Source: Gammaproteobacteria bacterium
GTDB lineage: Bacteria > Pseudomonadota > Gammaproteobacteria > Burkholderiales > Burkholderiaceae_E
Direction: 5' to 3'
Assembly (NCBI GenBank): GCA_046569945.1
Contig: JBKHVS010000002.1
Span: 1-54,577 of the forward strand
Length of the DNA stretch: 54,577 nt
Shown: in pieces, positions 1-8,985 of the stretch
Position numbering within the stretch: the first letter of the stretch is position 1
Layout of the letters: each line of letters opens with the position of its first letter
Notes under the pieces: model-generated
The model's database searches: none
The model's input: only the letters and a program-made list of their open reading frames with translations
Told to the model about the DNA's origin: nothing
Translations under genes and position numbers: made by a program

Positions 1-1189
1 GCGCGGCGGCCGTGGCATCGGGATCCTTGTAGTAGCCGATCATCACGTTGGGTCCGCGGAAGACGATCTCGCCGACTTCGTTCGCGCCGAGCAGCCGCCC
101 GTCGTCGGCCATCACCGCCACCTCGTCGACCACGGTGGCCACGCCCCAGTAGGCGCCGAAGCGCCGGCGCTGCTCCTGCGGCTCGAACACCGTGGCACCG
201 GTGTAGACCTCGGTCTGGCCGGAGACCAGCGCGAAGTCCGGGCAGAAGTGGTCGAGCAGCTGCAGCAGCAGGGTCTTGGACATCGGCGCCATCGCGTAGA
301 TGCACAGCTGCAGGCTGGAGAGGTCGCGTTGCGGCCGCGAGGGGTGCGCGAGCATCGCGGCGTACATCATCGGCAGGCCGGCCATCTTGGTGACCCGATG
401 GCGCTCGATCGCGTCGAGCATCGCGCCGGGGTCGAAGCCACGCTGGACCAGCTGGGTGCCGCCGGCCAGAAGCACGCTCATCAGGATCGAGTACTGGCCG
501 ATGTGGAACATAGGCAGCACGCCGCTCCAGACGTCGCCGCGCGGCGAGATGCCGTACTCGATCGCGTTGCTCATCAGCGCCGCGTGGCCGGACGCGTGCG
601 AGTGCATCACGCCCTTCTGCCGCCCGGTGGTGCCGCTGGTGTACATCACCAAGGCGAGCTGGTCGTCGTCGATATCGACCTCGGGCAGGGTCGACGGGCC
701 GGCGGCGGCGGCACCCGCCACGGTCTGCAGGCCCGCGGGCCCGGCCCCGCCTTCCGGGAGCGCGAGGATCGGCACGATGCCGCGCGACGAGACCAGCGCG
801 GCGATCTCCGGCTTCGCATGGAAGCCGACGTCGAGCACCAGGTGGCCGATCTCCGCGTGACCGAGGATGTAGTCGATCGGCTCAGGCGCGAGCGCGTGGT
901 TCATCGGCACCCAGACCAGCCCGGCCTTGTGGATGCCGAGCGCCGCGACGACCATGTCCACCGAGTTGACGCAGAGCATGCCGACGCGGTCGCCGGACTT
1001 CAGCCCCTGCGCGAGCAGGTGGTGGGCGAAGCGGTTGGAAGCGGCGTCGAGCTCGGTGTAGGACACGCGGCGCTCGCCGTCGATCAGCGCGGTGCGCGCG
1101 CCGAATCGGCGGGCGGAACGGTGGATGACGTCACCCAGCGCGGTGCGGCGGATGCGGCACTGGAGGGCTTCGGAGTACTTGAGGCTCAT
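1..1189 (-). CDS. AMP-binding acyl-CoA synthetase (3' end runs off the window)
   Basis: Not in the ORF track because it is truncated. Hand translation from ATG 1189 (RBS GGAG) gives MSLKYSEALQCRIRRTALGDVIHRSARRFGARTALIDGERRVSY..., with the AMP-binding P-loop MYTSGTTGRQKGV and a later GEIVFRGPNVMIGYY motif. Confidence 0.9.
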   Translation of the reverse strand, partial: MSLKYSEALQCRIRRTALGDVIHRSARRFGARTALIDGERRVSYTELDAASNRFAHHLLAQGLKSGDRVGMLCVNSVDMVVAALGIHKAGLVWVPMNHALAPEPIDYILGHAEIGHLVLDVGFHAKPEIAALVSSRGIVPILALPEGGAGPAGLQTVAGAAAAGPSTLPEVDIDDDQLALVMYTSGTTGRQKGVMHSHASGHAALMSNAIEYGISPRGDVWSGVLPMFHIGQYSILMSVLLAGGTQLVQRGFDPGAMLDAIERHRVTKMAGLPMMYAAMLAHPSRPQRDLSSLQLCIYAMAPMSKTLLLQLLDHFCPDFALVSGQTEVYTGATVFEPQEQRRRFGAYWGVATVVDEVAVMADDGRLLGANEVGEIVFRGPNVMIGYYKDPDATAAA

Positions 1190-1315
1190 GGTGTGCTCCG
1201 CGAGGTGGATGACGCCGGCCTGGTGTCCTTTCCGCTGGCGCATCGAGTGAGGCCACGATCGGGCCAAGGAGGTGCATTGTTCCATCTGAACGCTGACGAG
1301 GCATGTTCCCCTTCG

Positions 1316-1385
1316 ATACCTTATGAGGTATATTTATTTTTCATACCTTTCAAGGTATCGAGGCGATATATACCCTGGAGGGTCC
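1316..1385. promoter_or_regulatory. Three phased palindromic operators (ATACC-N6-GGTAT type) upstream of hipBA; probable HipB/HipBA autoregulation sites
   Basis: ATACCTtatgAGGTAT 1316-1331, ATACCTTtcAAGGTAT 1343-1358 and ATACCCTggAGGGTcc 1370-1385, at an exact 27-bp period in an AT-rich patch ending at the hipB ATG. Confidence 0.8.
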
Positions 1386-1667
1386 ATGTCTAGATACCTC
1401 GCCGCAACCCCCAGGGACCTCGGGGAACTCGTTCGCGGCTTTCGCAAGCAGCGAGGCTGGACGCAGGCCAGACTCGCCGAGCGAGCCGGGCTCCTCCCCA
1501 AGACCGTTTCGGCCATCGAAGCCGGCAGCGGACAAGTCCTGCTCGCCAATGTCATGCGCTGTCTGTCCGCACTCGACGTGGACCTGTCGCTCGATTCGCG
1601 CACCGAAGCCGCCACGGCGCCGGTCCCGGCGCCAATGGCTGCCAAGTCCCTCGAGGAGAAGTGGTAG
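1386..1667 (+). CDS. hipB: HipB-like XRE/HTH antitoxin (93 aa)
   Basis: HTH_3 pattern LGELVRGFRKQRGWTQARLAERAGLLPKTVSAIE. GGAGGG RBS before ATG 1386. Directly upstream of hipA. Confidence 0.88.
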   Translation: MSRYLAATPRDLGELVRGFRKQRGWTQARLAERAGLLPKTVSAIEAGSGQVLLANVMRCLSALDVDLSLDSRTEAATAPVPAPMAAKSLEEKW

Positions 1668-1669
1668 GC

Positions 1670-2989
1670 ATGGGGCGGCGTCGGAAGTCGGCGCGCCTGA
1701 CGCTGTGGATGAACGGCATCGCGGTCGGGACATGGGAGATCGACAGCGCAGGCAGGCACATCCTCGCCTATGACGAGGGGTGGCTGCAGAGCGAACGCGG
1801 CCGTCCCGTCTCGCTGTCGATGCCGCTGCGACCGGCGGCGGCGTACAGCGGGGACGTCGTGCGCAACTTCTTCGAGAACCTGCTGCCCGACAACCGCCTC
1901 ATCCGCGAGCGACTGCAGGCCCGCTTCCACGCCCGCTCCACGAGCGCCCAGGACCTGCTCGCCGAAATCGGGCGCGACTGCGTCGGTGCCCTGGCCATCC
2001 TGCCGGAGGGCGAGTTCCCCGACGGCTTCGACCGAATCGAAGGAGTGCCGCTGACGGAGGTGCAGGTCGAGCAGGCGCTCGAGCGCGTGACCGTCGATGG
2101 GCGACATGGGGACGAGGACGATTTCCGCATCTCGATCGCCGGCGCGCAGGAGAAGACGGCCTTCCTGTGGTCCGGCGGGCGGTGGATGCGTCCGACCGGC
2201 GCCACCCCCACGACCCACATCTTCAAGCTGCCCCTGGGCGTGCCGCCCTCGGGCATCGACCTCACGACGAGCGTCGAGAACGAGTGGCTCTGCGCTCGAA
2301 TCCTGGCCGCGTACGGGGTGCCGGTCGCACTCGGCGACATCGCGCGCTTCGGCGAGCGCACGGTGCTCGTCGTTCCGCGCTTCGACCGGCACCCCTCTTC
2401 CGACGGCAGGTGGCTGCTGCGCCTCCCGCAGGAGGACTTCGCCCAGGTCTGCGGCGTCGGACCGGATGCGAAGTACGAGGCCGACGGCGGGCCCGGCATC
2501 GCATCCATCCTCGAGCGCCTGCTCGGTTCGACGCAGGCGGCTGCCGACCGCCTGGACTTCTTCCGCACGCAGGTGCTGTTCTGGATGCTCGCCGCCATCG
2601 ACGGGCATGCAAAGAATTTCAGCGTGTTCATCGAACCGCGCGGGCACTTCCGGCTGACGCCTCGCTACGACGTGCTGTCTGCCTATCCGGTGCTCGGCCA
2701 CGGCAAGGGCAAGCTGGCGCCCGAGAAGATCAGGATGGCGATGGCGGTCCGGGGCGCCAACCGCCACTACAGGTGGCGCGAGATTCGCCGCTCGCACTTC
2801 GAACAGACCGCCAGGGACTGCGGGCTGGGCAGCTCGGTTCGGGCGGTCATCGACGAGCTGGTCGAGCGCACGCCCGAGGTCATCCAGCAGGTCGGCACGG
2901 CCATTCCCCCAGGCTTCCCTGACTGGGTCGGCACCTCCATCCTGGAGGGCCTGAGGCGAGCCGCCCAGCGCCTGGGGCAGCGCACATAG
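1670..2989 (+). CDS. hipA: HipA-family Ser/Thr kinase toxin (439 aa)
   Basis: N-terminal LSMP..FFENLLPD; P-loop FRISIAGAQEKT; catalytic IDGHAKNFS; LTPRYDVLS; RLPQEDF. Confidence 0.95.
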   Translation: MGRRRKSARLTLWMNGIAVGTWEIDSAGRHILAYDEGWLQSERGRPVSLSMPLRPAAAYSGDVVRNFFENLLPDNRLIRERLQARFHARSTSAQDLLAEIGRDCVGALAILPEGEFPDGFDRIEGVPLTEVQVEQALERVTVDGRHGDEDDFRISIAGAQEKTAFLWSGGRWMRPTGATPTTHIFKLPLGVPPSGIDLTTSVENEWLCARILAAYGVPVALGDIARFGERTVLVVPRFDRHPSSDGRWLLRLPQEDFAQVCGVGPDAKYEADGGPGIASILERLLGSTQAAADRLDFFRTQVLFWMLAAIDGHAKNFSVFIEPRGHFRLTPRYDVLSAYPVLGHGKGKLAPEKIRMAMAVRGANRHYRWREIRRSHFEQTARDCGLGSSVRAVIDELVERTPEVIQQVGTAIPPGFPDWVGTSILEGLRRAAQRLGQRT

Positions 2990-3119
2990 CGTCGACGGCC
3001 ACCTGCAGGGGTGGCCGGGCCGGCACGGCCGGCAATGGAAGCGCCCCACCAACTGTCGATGGCCGGCGACGCCGCGGGCCCGCGGCGCGCCCCTTCCCAT
3101 CACGCCCGCGTGCGGGCCC

Positions 3120-4148
3120 TCAGTCGCCCTGCTCCGGGCTCGCCGCCTCCCGCTTTTTCGACCCGAACGGGTATGCGCTGCCCGTCTCGCCAGGCCGCGC
3201 CGGGATCCGCAGCGACAGCAGCATGGTCACGGCCAGCGTCGTCACCGTGAAGCCCAGCGACCAGACGATCGGGATCTTGTAGATGTCGATCAGCAGCATC
3301 TTCGTGCCGATGAACACCAGCACCACGGCCAGCCCGTAGGACAGCAGGTGGAAGCGCTCGTGCATGCCGGCCAGCAGGAAGTACATCGCGCGCAGGCCCA
3401 GGATGGCGAACACGTTGGAGGTGAGCACGATGAAGGGGTCGGTGGTGATCGCGAAGATCGCCGGGATGGAGTCCACTGCGAACACCACGTCGACGATGCC
3501 GATCAGCAGGATCACCACCAGCAGCGGCGTGGCCATGCGAACGCCGTTCACCGTGGTGAAGAAGCGCTCGCCGTCGTAGTGCGGGGCGATCTTCACGCGG
3601 CGCTTGACCCAGAGCAGCGCGGGGTTCGCGTCGAGGTCGGGCTCCTGGCCCGCGGCCCACCACATCTTGATCCCGGTGAAGACCAGGAAAGCGCCGAAGA
3701 CGTACATCACCCAGTGGAACTGCGTGATCAGCCAGGCGCCGACCAGGATCATCACCGCGCGCAGCACCAGCGCGCCGATGATGCCGATCATCAGCACCCG
3801 CCGCTGGTATTCGGCGGGCACCGCGAAGTAGGTGAACAGCATCAGGAACACGAAGATGTTGTCGACCGCCAGCGCCTTCTCCACCAGGTAGCCGGTGACG
3901 AATTCGAGCGCCTTGGCGTCGGCGAGCTCGCGCGCCGCGGCGTCGCCCGACACGCCGCCCAGGTACCACCAGAGCCAGCCGACGAACACGAAGGAGACCG
4001 CCACCCAGATCAGCGACCAGATGCCCGCCTCGCGCAGCGACACGGTCTTGGCGCCGCGGCGGTTGAGGGCGGCGAAGTCGACGACGAGGGCGACCAGGAC
4101 GAAGGCCGCAAAAAAAGACCACAGCAGGGGCGTGCCGATGGAGATCAT
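3120..4148 (-). CDS. alx: TerC-family membrane protein (Alx-like Mn homeostasis protein)
   Basis: TerC motifs GYLVEKALAVDNIFVF and DVVFAVDSIPAIFAITTDPFIVLTSNVFAILGLRAMYF. Preceded by a yybP-ykoY riboswitch. Confidence 0.92.
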   Translation of the reverse strand: MISIGTPLLWSFFAAFVLVALVVDFAALNRRGAKTVSLREAGIWSLIWVAVSFVFVGWLWWYLGGVSGDAAARELADAKALEFVTGYLVEKALAVDNIFVFLMLFTYFAVPAEYQRRVLMIGIIGALVLRAVMILVGAWLITQFHWVMYVFGAFLVFTGIKMWWAAGQEPDLDANPALLWVKRRVKIAPHYDGERFFTTVNGVRMATPLLVVILLIGIVDVVFAVDSIPAIFAITTDPFIVLTSNVFAILGLRAMYFLLAGMHERFHLLSYGLAVVLVFIGTKMLLIDIYKIPIVWSLGFTVTTLAVTMLLSLRIPARPGETGSAYPFGSKKREAASPEQGD

Positions 4149-4206
4149 CGGGGAAGACCTTTACAGCCGGCCTGGCAAGGACCGGAGGACGGGGTTTGTC
4201 TAAGGT

Positions 4207-4357
4207 CCTCGCCGGTCTTGCCGACCGGAGCGCGCATGCTTGCGCGCCGGTTCACGACACCGGGCATGCGGTCGAGTGCCAGACCGATCGCTGCCGTAAT
4301 GACGATGTCGCGGCGCGGGAATCCTGATGATCCGCGCCGGCTACTCCCCGATGGAGG
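4207..4357 (-). ncRNA. yybP-ykoY manganese riboswitch in the alx/terC leader
   Basis: The minus strand reads ...CAUCGGGGAGUAGCC...CGUCAUUACGG...GGCAAGACCGG. These are the three hallmark segments of the family, separated by hairpins, upstream of a TerC/Alx gene. Ends are approximate. Confidence 0.88.
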
Positions 4358-4365
4358 CGGAGCGG

Positions 4366-4394
4366 ATTTCAACAGCAGTCTTGACGCCGGTCAA
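4366..4394 (-). promoter_or_regulatory. Candidate sigma70 promoter for the riboswitch-alx transcript, overlapping the palindrome TTGAC-N4-GTCAA (4381-4394)
   Basis: Minus strand TTGACC-17 nt-TGAAAT ends about 9 nt before the riboswitch 5' end. Confidence 0.4.
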
Positions 4395-4467
4395 CAAAAC
4401 CCCGTGAATGGCAAGGTCAATCGCCGTCCACGGCGTCCCGCGCGGCGCCCCTTGCAGGAGATGCCCC

Positions 4468-5508
4468 ATGTCGCAGCAGAACCACTTCGCCGGCACCGTC
4501 AACGACGACTGGCTCGCGCAGCACCGCGAGGACGCGCTCGAGCCCGGCCTGCCCATCGTCGACCCCCACCATCACCTTTGGGTCACCCAGGGCGGCAGCT
4601 ACCTGTTCCAGGACCTGCTCGCCGACCTGGACTGCGGCCATGACGTGCGCGCCACGGTGTACGCGGAGTGCGGCTCGATGTACCGGGCCGACGGCCCCGA
4701 AGAGTGGCGCTCGCTGGGCGAGACGGAGTTCGTCACCGGCGTGGCGGCGATGAGCGCCAGCGGCCTGTTCGGGCCCGCGCGGGTGTGCGCGGCGATGTTC
4801 GGGAACGTGGACCTGCGGCTGGGCGACCGGGCGCGGCCGATCCTGGAGGCGCATCTCGTGGCGAGCGGCCACCGCTTCCGCGGCGTCCGCTTCTCCACCG
4901 CCTGGGACGCGGACGAGCGGGTGCACAGGGTGGTGCCGGAGCCCGGCCTGCTCGCGGATCCGCGCGTGCGCCGGGGGCTTGCCTGCCTCGCGCCGCTGGG
5001 CCTGTCGCTGGACGCCTGGGTCTACCACCCGCAGCTCGACGACGTGGCGGCGGTGGCGGACGCCTTCCCGGATCTCACCATCATCCTCAACCACATCGGC
5101 GTGCCGATCCTCGGCGGGCCCTACGCGGGCCGGCGCGACGAGGCGCTCGCGGCCTGGCGCGAGGGCATGGCCCGGGTGGCGAAGCGGCCGAACGTGTTCC
5201 TGAAGGTGGGCGCGATCCCGATCCGGATTCCCGGCACGCCGCGCGTCGAATCCGCCGGCCCACCGTCTTCCGAGGCCGTGGCGCAGGCCTGGAAGCCCTT
5301 CGTCGAGACCTGCGTCGAGCTCTTCGGCGCGCAGCGCTGCATGTTCGAGAGCAACTTCCCGGTGCAGAAGCGCTGGTGCAGCTACGGCGTGGCGTGGAAC
5401 GCCTTCAAGCGCGTGGCGGCCGGCGCGTCGGCCGACGAGAAGCGCGCGCTGTTCGCGGGCACTGCGGCAAGGGCCTACCGGCTGCCGACGGCGCGGATCG
5501 ACGGCTGA
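4468..5508 (+). CDS. Amidohydrolase family protein (Amidohydro_2, lactonase-like; 346 aa)
   Basis: IVDPHHHLW metal motif, IILNHIG and RCMFESNFP. RBS AGGAG before ATG 4468. Confidence 0.9.
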   Translation: MSQQNHFAGTVNDDWLAQHREDALEPGLPIVDPHHHLWVTQGGSYLFQDLLADLDCGHDVRATVYAECGSMYRADGPEEWRSLGETEFVTGVAAMSASGLFGPARVCAAMFGNVDLRLGDRARPILEAHLVASGHRFRGVRFSTAWDADERVHRVVPEPGLLADPRVRRGLACLAPLGLSLDAWVYHPQLDDVAAVADAFPDLTIILNHIGVPILGGPYAGRRDEALAAWREGMARVAKRPNVFLKVGAIPIRIPGTPRVESAGPPSSEAVAQAWKPFVETCVELFGAQRCMFESNFPVQKRWCSYGVAWNAFKRVAAGASADEKRALFAGTAARAYRLPTARIDG

Positions 5509-5649
5509 GGAGATTGCTGCGCCCAGCGCAGCGGCAATGCCGGCCTGTCGCCCGCGGCCGGAGGCGTGCTGCTCGATCCTTGACCGGCGGGCTTGTTCGG
5601 CGCGGCGGCTCCGATATGATCCGCCCGCCCCGACCATGCCCCGCCCGCG

Positions 5650-6534
5650 ATGCCCCTGATCGTCTTCTCCCATGCCAACAGCTTCCCCGCGGCCACGTAC
5701 GCGATGCTGTTCCGCTCGCTGCGCGCGCGCGGGCTCAAGGTGAAGGCGATCGACCGATTCGGCCACGATCCGGGTTATCCGGTCACCAGCAACTGGCCTC
5801 ACCTGGTCCGGCAGCTCGCGGACTTCGCGGGCCCGGAGATCGAGGCGCACGAGGGCCCGGCCTACCTGGTCGGCCATTCTCTGGGCGGCTTCCTCAGCCT
5901 GATGTGCGCGGCGCGCCACCCCCGGCTCGGCGGCAAGGGGGTCCGGGGAGTGCTGCTGCTGGATTCGCCGATCCTCGGCGGCTGGCGCGCGCGCACGCTG
6001 GCGCTGATCAAGCAGACACAGGTGGTGGGATCGGTTTCGCCGGGCCGCGTCAGCCGACGGCGCCGAAACCAGTGGCCCAGCGCCGAGGCGGCGCTGGAGC
6101 ACTTCCGCCGCAAGCGCCCCTTCATGCGCTGGCATCCGCAGATGCTGGAGGACTACATCGCGCACTGCACCCACGACGAGCCCCAGCCGGGCGGCGGCAC
6201 CCGGCGGGTGCTGGACTTCGACCGGGACGTGGAGACCGCGATCTACAACACCTTGCCGCACAACCTCGACCGGCTGCTGCGCCGGCACCCGCTGCAGTGC
6301 GCGGTGGGCTTCATCGGCGGCACGCGTTCGGTGGAGATGAAGCAGGTGGGCATGACGATGACGCGGAAGGTGGTCGGCCGCGCCCACCCTGAGCGCCTGC
6401 GCATGGTCGAGGGCTCGCACCTGTTCCCGATGGAGCGGCCGCTGGAGACCGCGGCGGCGATCGAGGAGATGCTGGGCCGCTTCCAGGCCAACGGCGCGCG
6501 GCCCACGGCAGAGGAGCGCAAGGCCGCCGCCTGA
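5650..6534 (+). CDS. Alpha/beta-fold hydrolase
   Basis: HANSF oxyanion region, nucleophile elbow GHSLGG, C-terminal GSHLFPME. Confidence 0.88.
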   Translation: MPLIVFSHANSFPAATYAMLFRSLRARGLKVKAIDRFGHDPGYPVTSNWPHLVRQLADFAGPEIEAHEGPAYLVGHSLGGFLSLMCAARHPRLGGKGVRGVLLLDSPILGGWRARTLALIKQTQVVGSVSPGRVSRRRRNQWPSAEAALEHFRRKRPFMRWHPQMLEDYIAHCTHDEPQPGGGTRRVLDFDRDVETAIYNTLPHNLDRLLRRHPLQCAVGFIGGTRSVEMKQVGMTMTRKVVGRAHPERLRMVEGSHLFPMERPLETAAAIEEMLGRFQANGARPTAEERKAAA

Positions 6535-6634
6535 CGTGCTCAGCCGCGCCCGCCGTGCGGCACGCGACATCTCGACGGACGGCGCCGACCGGTCGCGCGG
6601 CAGGCCGCGCACCGGCGGTGCGCGGCGCCGGGCC

Positions 6635-7762
6635 TCAGGCGAACAGCAGTTCCCCCAGCCGCGCCCGGTGATGCGCGCCGTCCCCGTACACGCCCTGCAG
6701 GAACATCGCGCGGCGCAGGAAGAGCTGCGCGTCGCAGTCCCAGGTGAAGCCGAAACCGCCGTGGAACTGCACCGCACGGTCGCCCGCCCAGGCGAAGGTC
6801 TCGCCCGACTCCACCTTGGCCATGCGCAGCGCCACCTCGGCGTCCTCGCCCGCGGCCAGCAGCGTAGCCGCGTGGTACAGGTGCGAGCGCGAGCGCTCCA
6901 GGCCGACCAGGATCTCGGCACAGGTGTGCTTGAGCGACTGGTAGCTGCCGATCTTGCGGCCGAAGGCCGTGCGGGTGTTCAGGTAGTCGACCATCAGGTC
7001 GAGCGCGCCCGCGATTCCGCCCGCCGCCTCTGCCGAAGCCAGCAGCAGCGCGGCGTCGCTCAGCGCGCGCAGCGCCGCCTGGGCCCGCCCGCCCTGGATG
7101 AGCCTGTGTTCGGGCACGCGCACGCCGTCGAGCGTCAGCGAGTACGCGCGCCGGGTCTCGTCGATGGCGGCGTCGCGCCGCAGCGCGCCCGCAGGCAGCT
7201 CGCCGCGCTCCAGAACCACCAGCGCCGGCGCGCCTTCGAAGGACACAGTGGCCATCAGCAGCTCGGCCAGCGCTGCGTCGCAGACCAGGGTCTTGGTGCC
7301 GGCGAGCGCCAGCGCGCCGGCCTCGCGCACCGCGCTGGCCTGCGCGTGCGCCAGCGTCCAGTCGCCCTCGGGCTCCAGCACCGCGGTGGTGGCGATGGCG
7401 CCTGCCGCCACGCGCGCCAGCCAGTCGGCCTGCTGCGACTCGCTGCCGCCGGCCAGCGCCGCGTGCACGAAGACCTGGGTGCTGGCGAAGGGCGTGGCGA
7501 ACAGCCTGCGCCCCATGGGCTCGGCGATGGTGGCTGCCTCGGCCAGCGACAGCCCGCTGCCGCCGAAGCGCTCGGGCACCGCGATGCCCGACCAGCCCAG
7601 GCCGACCATCTCGTCCCAGACGGCGCGGTCGAAGCCGTGCTCGGTGGTCATCTGAGCGCGCACCGACGCGATCGGCGCCTTGTCCCGGCAGAACGCGGTG
7701 GCCGCGTCCAGCAGCATCGCCTGCTCGTCGGTGAAGACGATCCGGTTGGAGAGTCCGTGCAT
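6635..7762 (-). CDS. Acyl-CoA dehydrogenase family protein (partner subunit of the adjacent ACAD)
   Basis: RTAFGRKIGSYQSLKH and VQFHGGFGFTW motifs. Only 4 bp from the second ACAD. Confidence 0.92.
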   Translation of the reverse strand: MHGLSNRIVFTDEQAMLLDAATAFCRDKAPIASVRAQMTTEHGFDRAVWDEMVGLGWSGIAVPERFGGSGLSLAEAATIAEPMGRRLFATPFASTQVFVHAALAGGSESQQADWLARVAAGAIATTAVLEPEGDWTLAHAQASAVREAGALALAGTKTLVCDAALAELLMATVSFEGAPALVVLERGELPAGALRRDAAIDETRRAYSLTLDGVRVPEHRLIQGGRAQAALRALSDAALLLASAEAAGGIAGALDLMVDYLNTRTAFGRKIGSYQSLKHTCAEILVGLERSRSHLYHAATLLAAGEDAEVALRMAKVESGETFAWAGDRAVQFHGGFGFTWDCDAQLFLRRAMFLQGVYGDGAHHRARLGELLFA

Positions 7763-7766
7763 GGCT

Positions 7767-8975
7767 TCAGTCCTTCGGGAGGCCGAGCACGCGCTCGCCG
7801 ATGATGTTGGCCTGGATCTGGCTGGTGCCGCCGCCGATCGTCGAGGAGAAGGAGTTCATGTAGGAGCGCTGCCAGAGGCCGCCGTCGACCGCCTGGGGGT
7901 CGCCCACGAAACGCGCCGCGTTGGCGCCCTGCAGCGACAGCGAGAACTGGAAGAGCCTGCGCTTGTGCTCGGTGACCCGCAGCTTGTTCGACAGCGCGAT
8001 CGCGTCGGGGCGCTCGCTGCACAGCGCGGGGATGTCGGCGCGCGCGCCGCAGAGCCGGTCGCCCTGCGCCTCGATCGCGAAGCGCACCAGGCTGTCGCGC
8101 ACGAAGGGATCCTCGAGCGCGGGGCGGCCGTTGCGCCGCGAACTGCGCGCGAGCTCCACCACGTCGTCCAGGCCCACGGCCATCTTCGCCAGGCCGCCCG
8201 CCTGGCCGCCCGAGGCGCCGCGCTCGAAGGTCAGCGTCAGCATCGCGATCTTCCAGCCCTCACCCTCGCGGCCCATCAGCGTGTCCGCGGGCACGCGCGC
8301 GTCGGTGAAGAAGGTCTGGGTGAAGCCGTACTCGCCGGTGAGCTTGCGGATCGGCCGGGTCTCGATGCCGGGGGTGCGCATCGGGATCAGGAAGTAGGAC
8401 AGGCCGGCATAGCGCTTCTCCTGGGGGTTGGTGCGCGCCAGCAGGATCATGTACTTCGCGTAGCTGCCAAGGCTGGTCCAGATCTTCGAGCCGTTGATCA
8501 CGTACTCGTCGCCCTGGCGCTCGGCGCGCGTCTGGCTGTTGGCCAGGTCCGAGCCCTGGTCGGGTTCGGAGAAGCCCTGGCACCAGATGTCGTCGGCGCT
8601 GAGGATGCCGGGGATGAAGCGCTTCTTCTGCTCCTCGGTGCCGATCGCCAGGATCAGCGGCCCGGCCCAGTTCAGGCCGATGGTGTTCGGCACGAAGGGC
8701 ACCTGCTCGCTGGCCATCTCCTCGTCGGCGATGTCCTGGTAGACCTGCGCCCGTCCGCCGCCACCGTACTCCTTCGGCCAGGCCATGCCCAGGTAGCCGG
8801 CCTCGTAGACCTTGCGCTGCCAGTCGCGCAGGTACGCGAACTGCTGGTCGGTGCCCACCTCCATGAAGGTCTCGGGCAGCAGGAAGTCGGGCTGCGGCGG
8901 CCGGTTGGCGCGCAGCCACTCCCGGACCTCGAGGCGGAAGGCCTCCAGGTCGCTCGTCGCGGGTGCTTCGATCAT
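7767..8975 (-). CDS. Acyl-CoA dehydrogenase family protein (likely catalytic subunit)
   Basis: WCQGFSEPDQGSDLA, NGSKIWTS, LTFERG and TIGGGTSQIQ motifs. Confidence 0.93.
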   Translation of the reverse strand: MIEAPATSDLEAFRLEVREWLRANRPPQPDFLLPETFMEVGTDQQFAYLRDWQRKVYEAGYLGMAWPKEYGGGGRAQVYQDIADEEMASEQVPFVPNTIGLNWAGPLILAIGTEEQKKRFIPGILSADDIWCQGFSEPDQGSDLANSQTRAERQGDEYVINGSKIWTSLGSYAKYMILLARTNPQEKRYAGLSYFLIPMRTPGIETRPIRKLTGEYGFTQTFFTDARVPADTLMGREGEGWKIAMLTLTFERGASGGQAGGLAKMAVGLDDVVELARSSRRNGRPALEDPFVRDSLVRFAIEAQGDRLCGARADIPALCSERPDAIALSNKLRVTEHKRRLFQFSLSLQGANAARFVGDPQAVDGGLWQRSYMNSFSSTIGGGTSQIQANIIGERVLGLPKD

Positions 8976-8985
8976 CGCAGCCTCC

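Noticed and set aside
2990-3119. Cluster of short GC hairpins between hipA and alx (e.g. 2997-3016, 3070-3087) as a REP, MITE or attachment site
   Set aside because: No repeat elsewhere in the window, no U-tract and no target duplication. GC palindromes are common at this composition.
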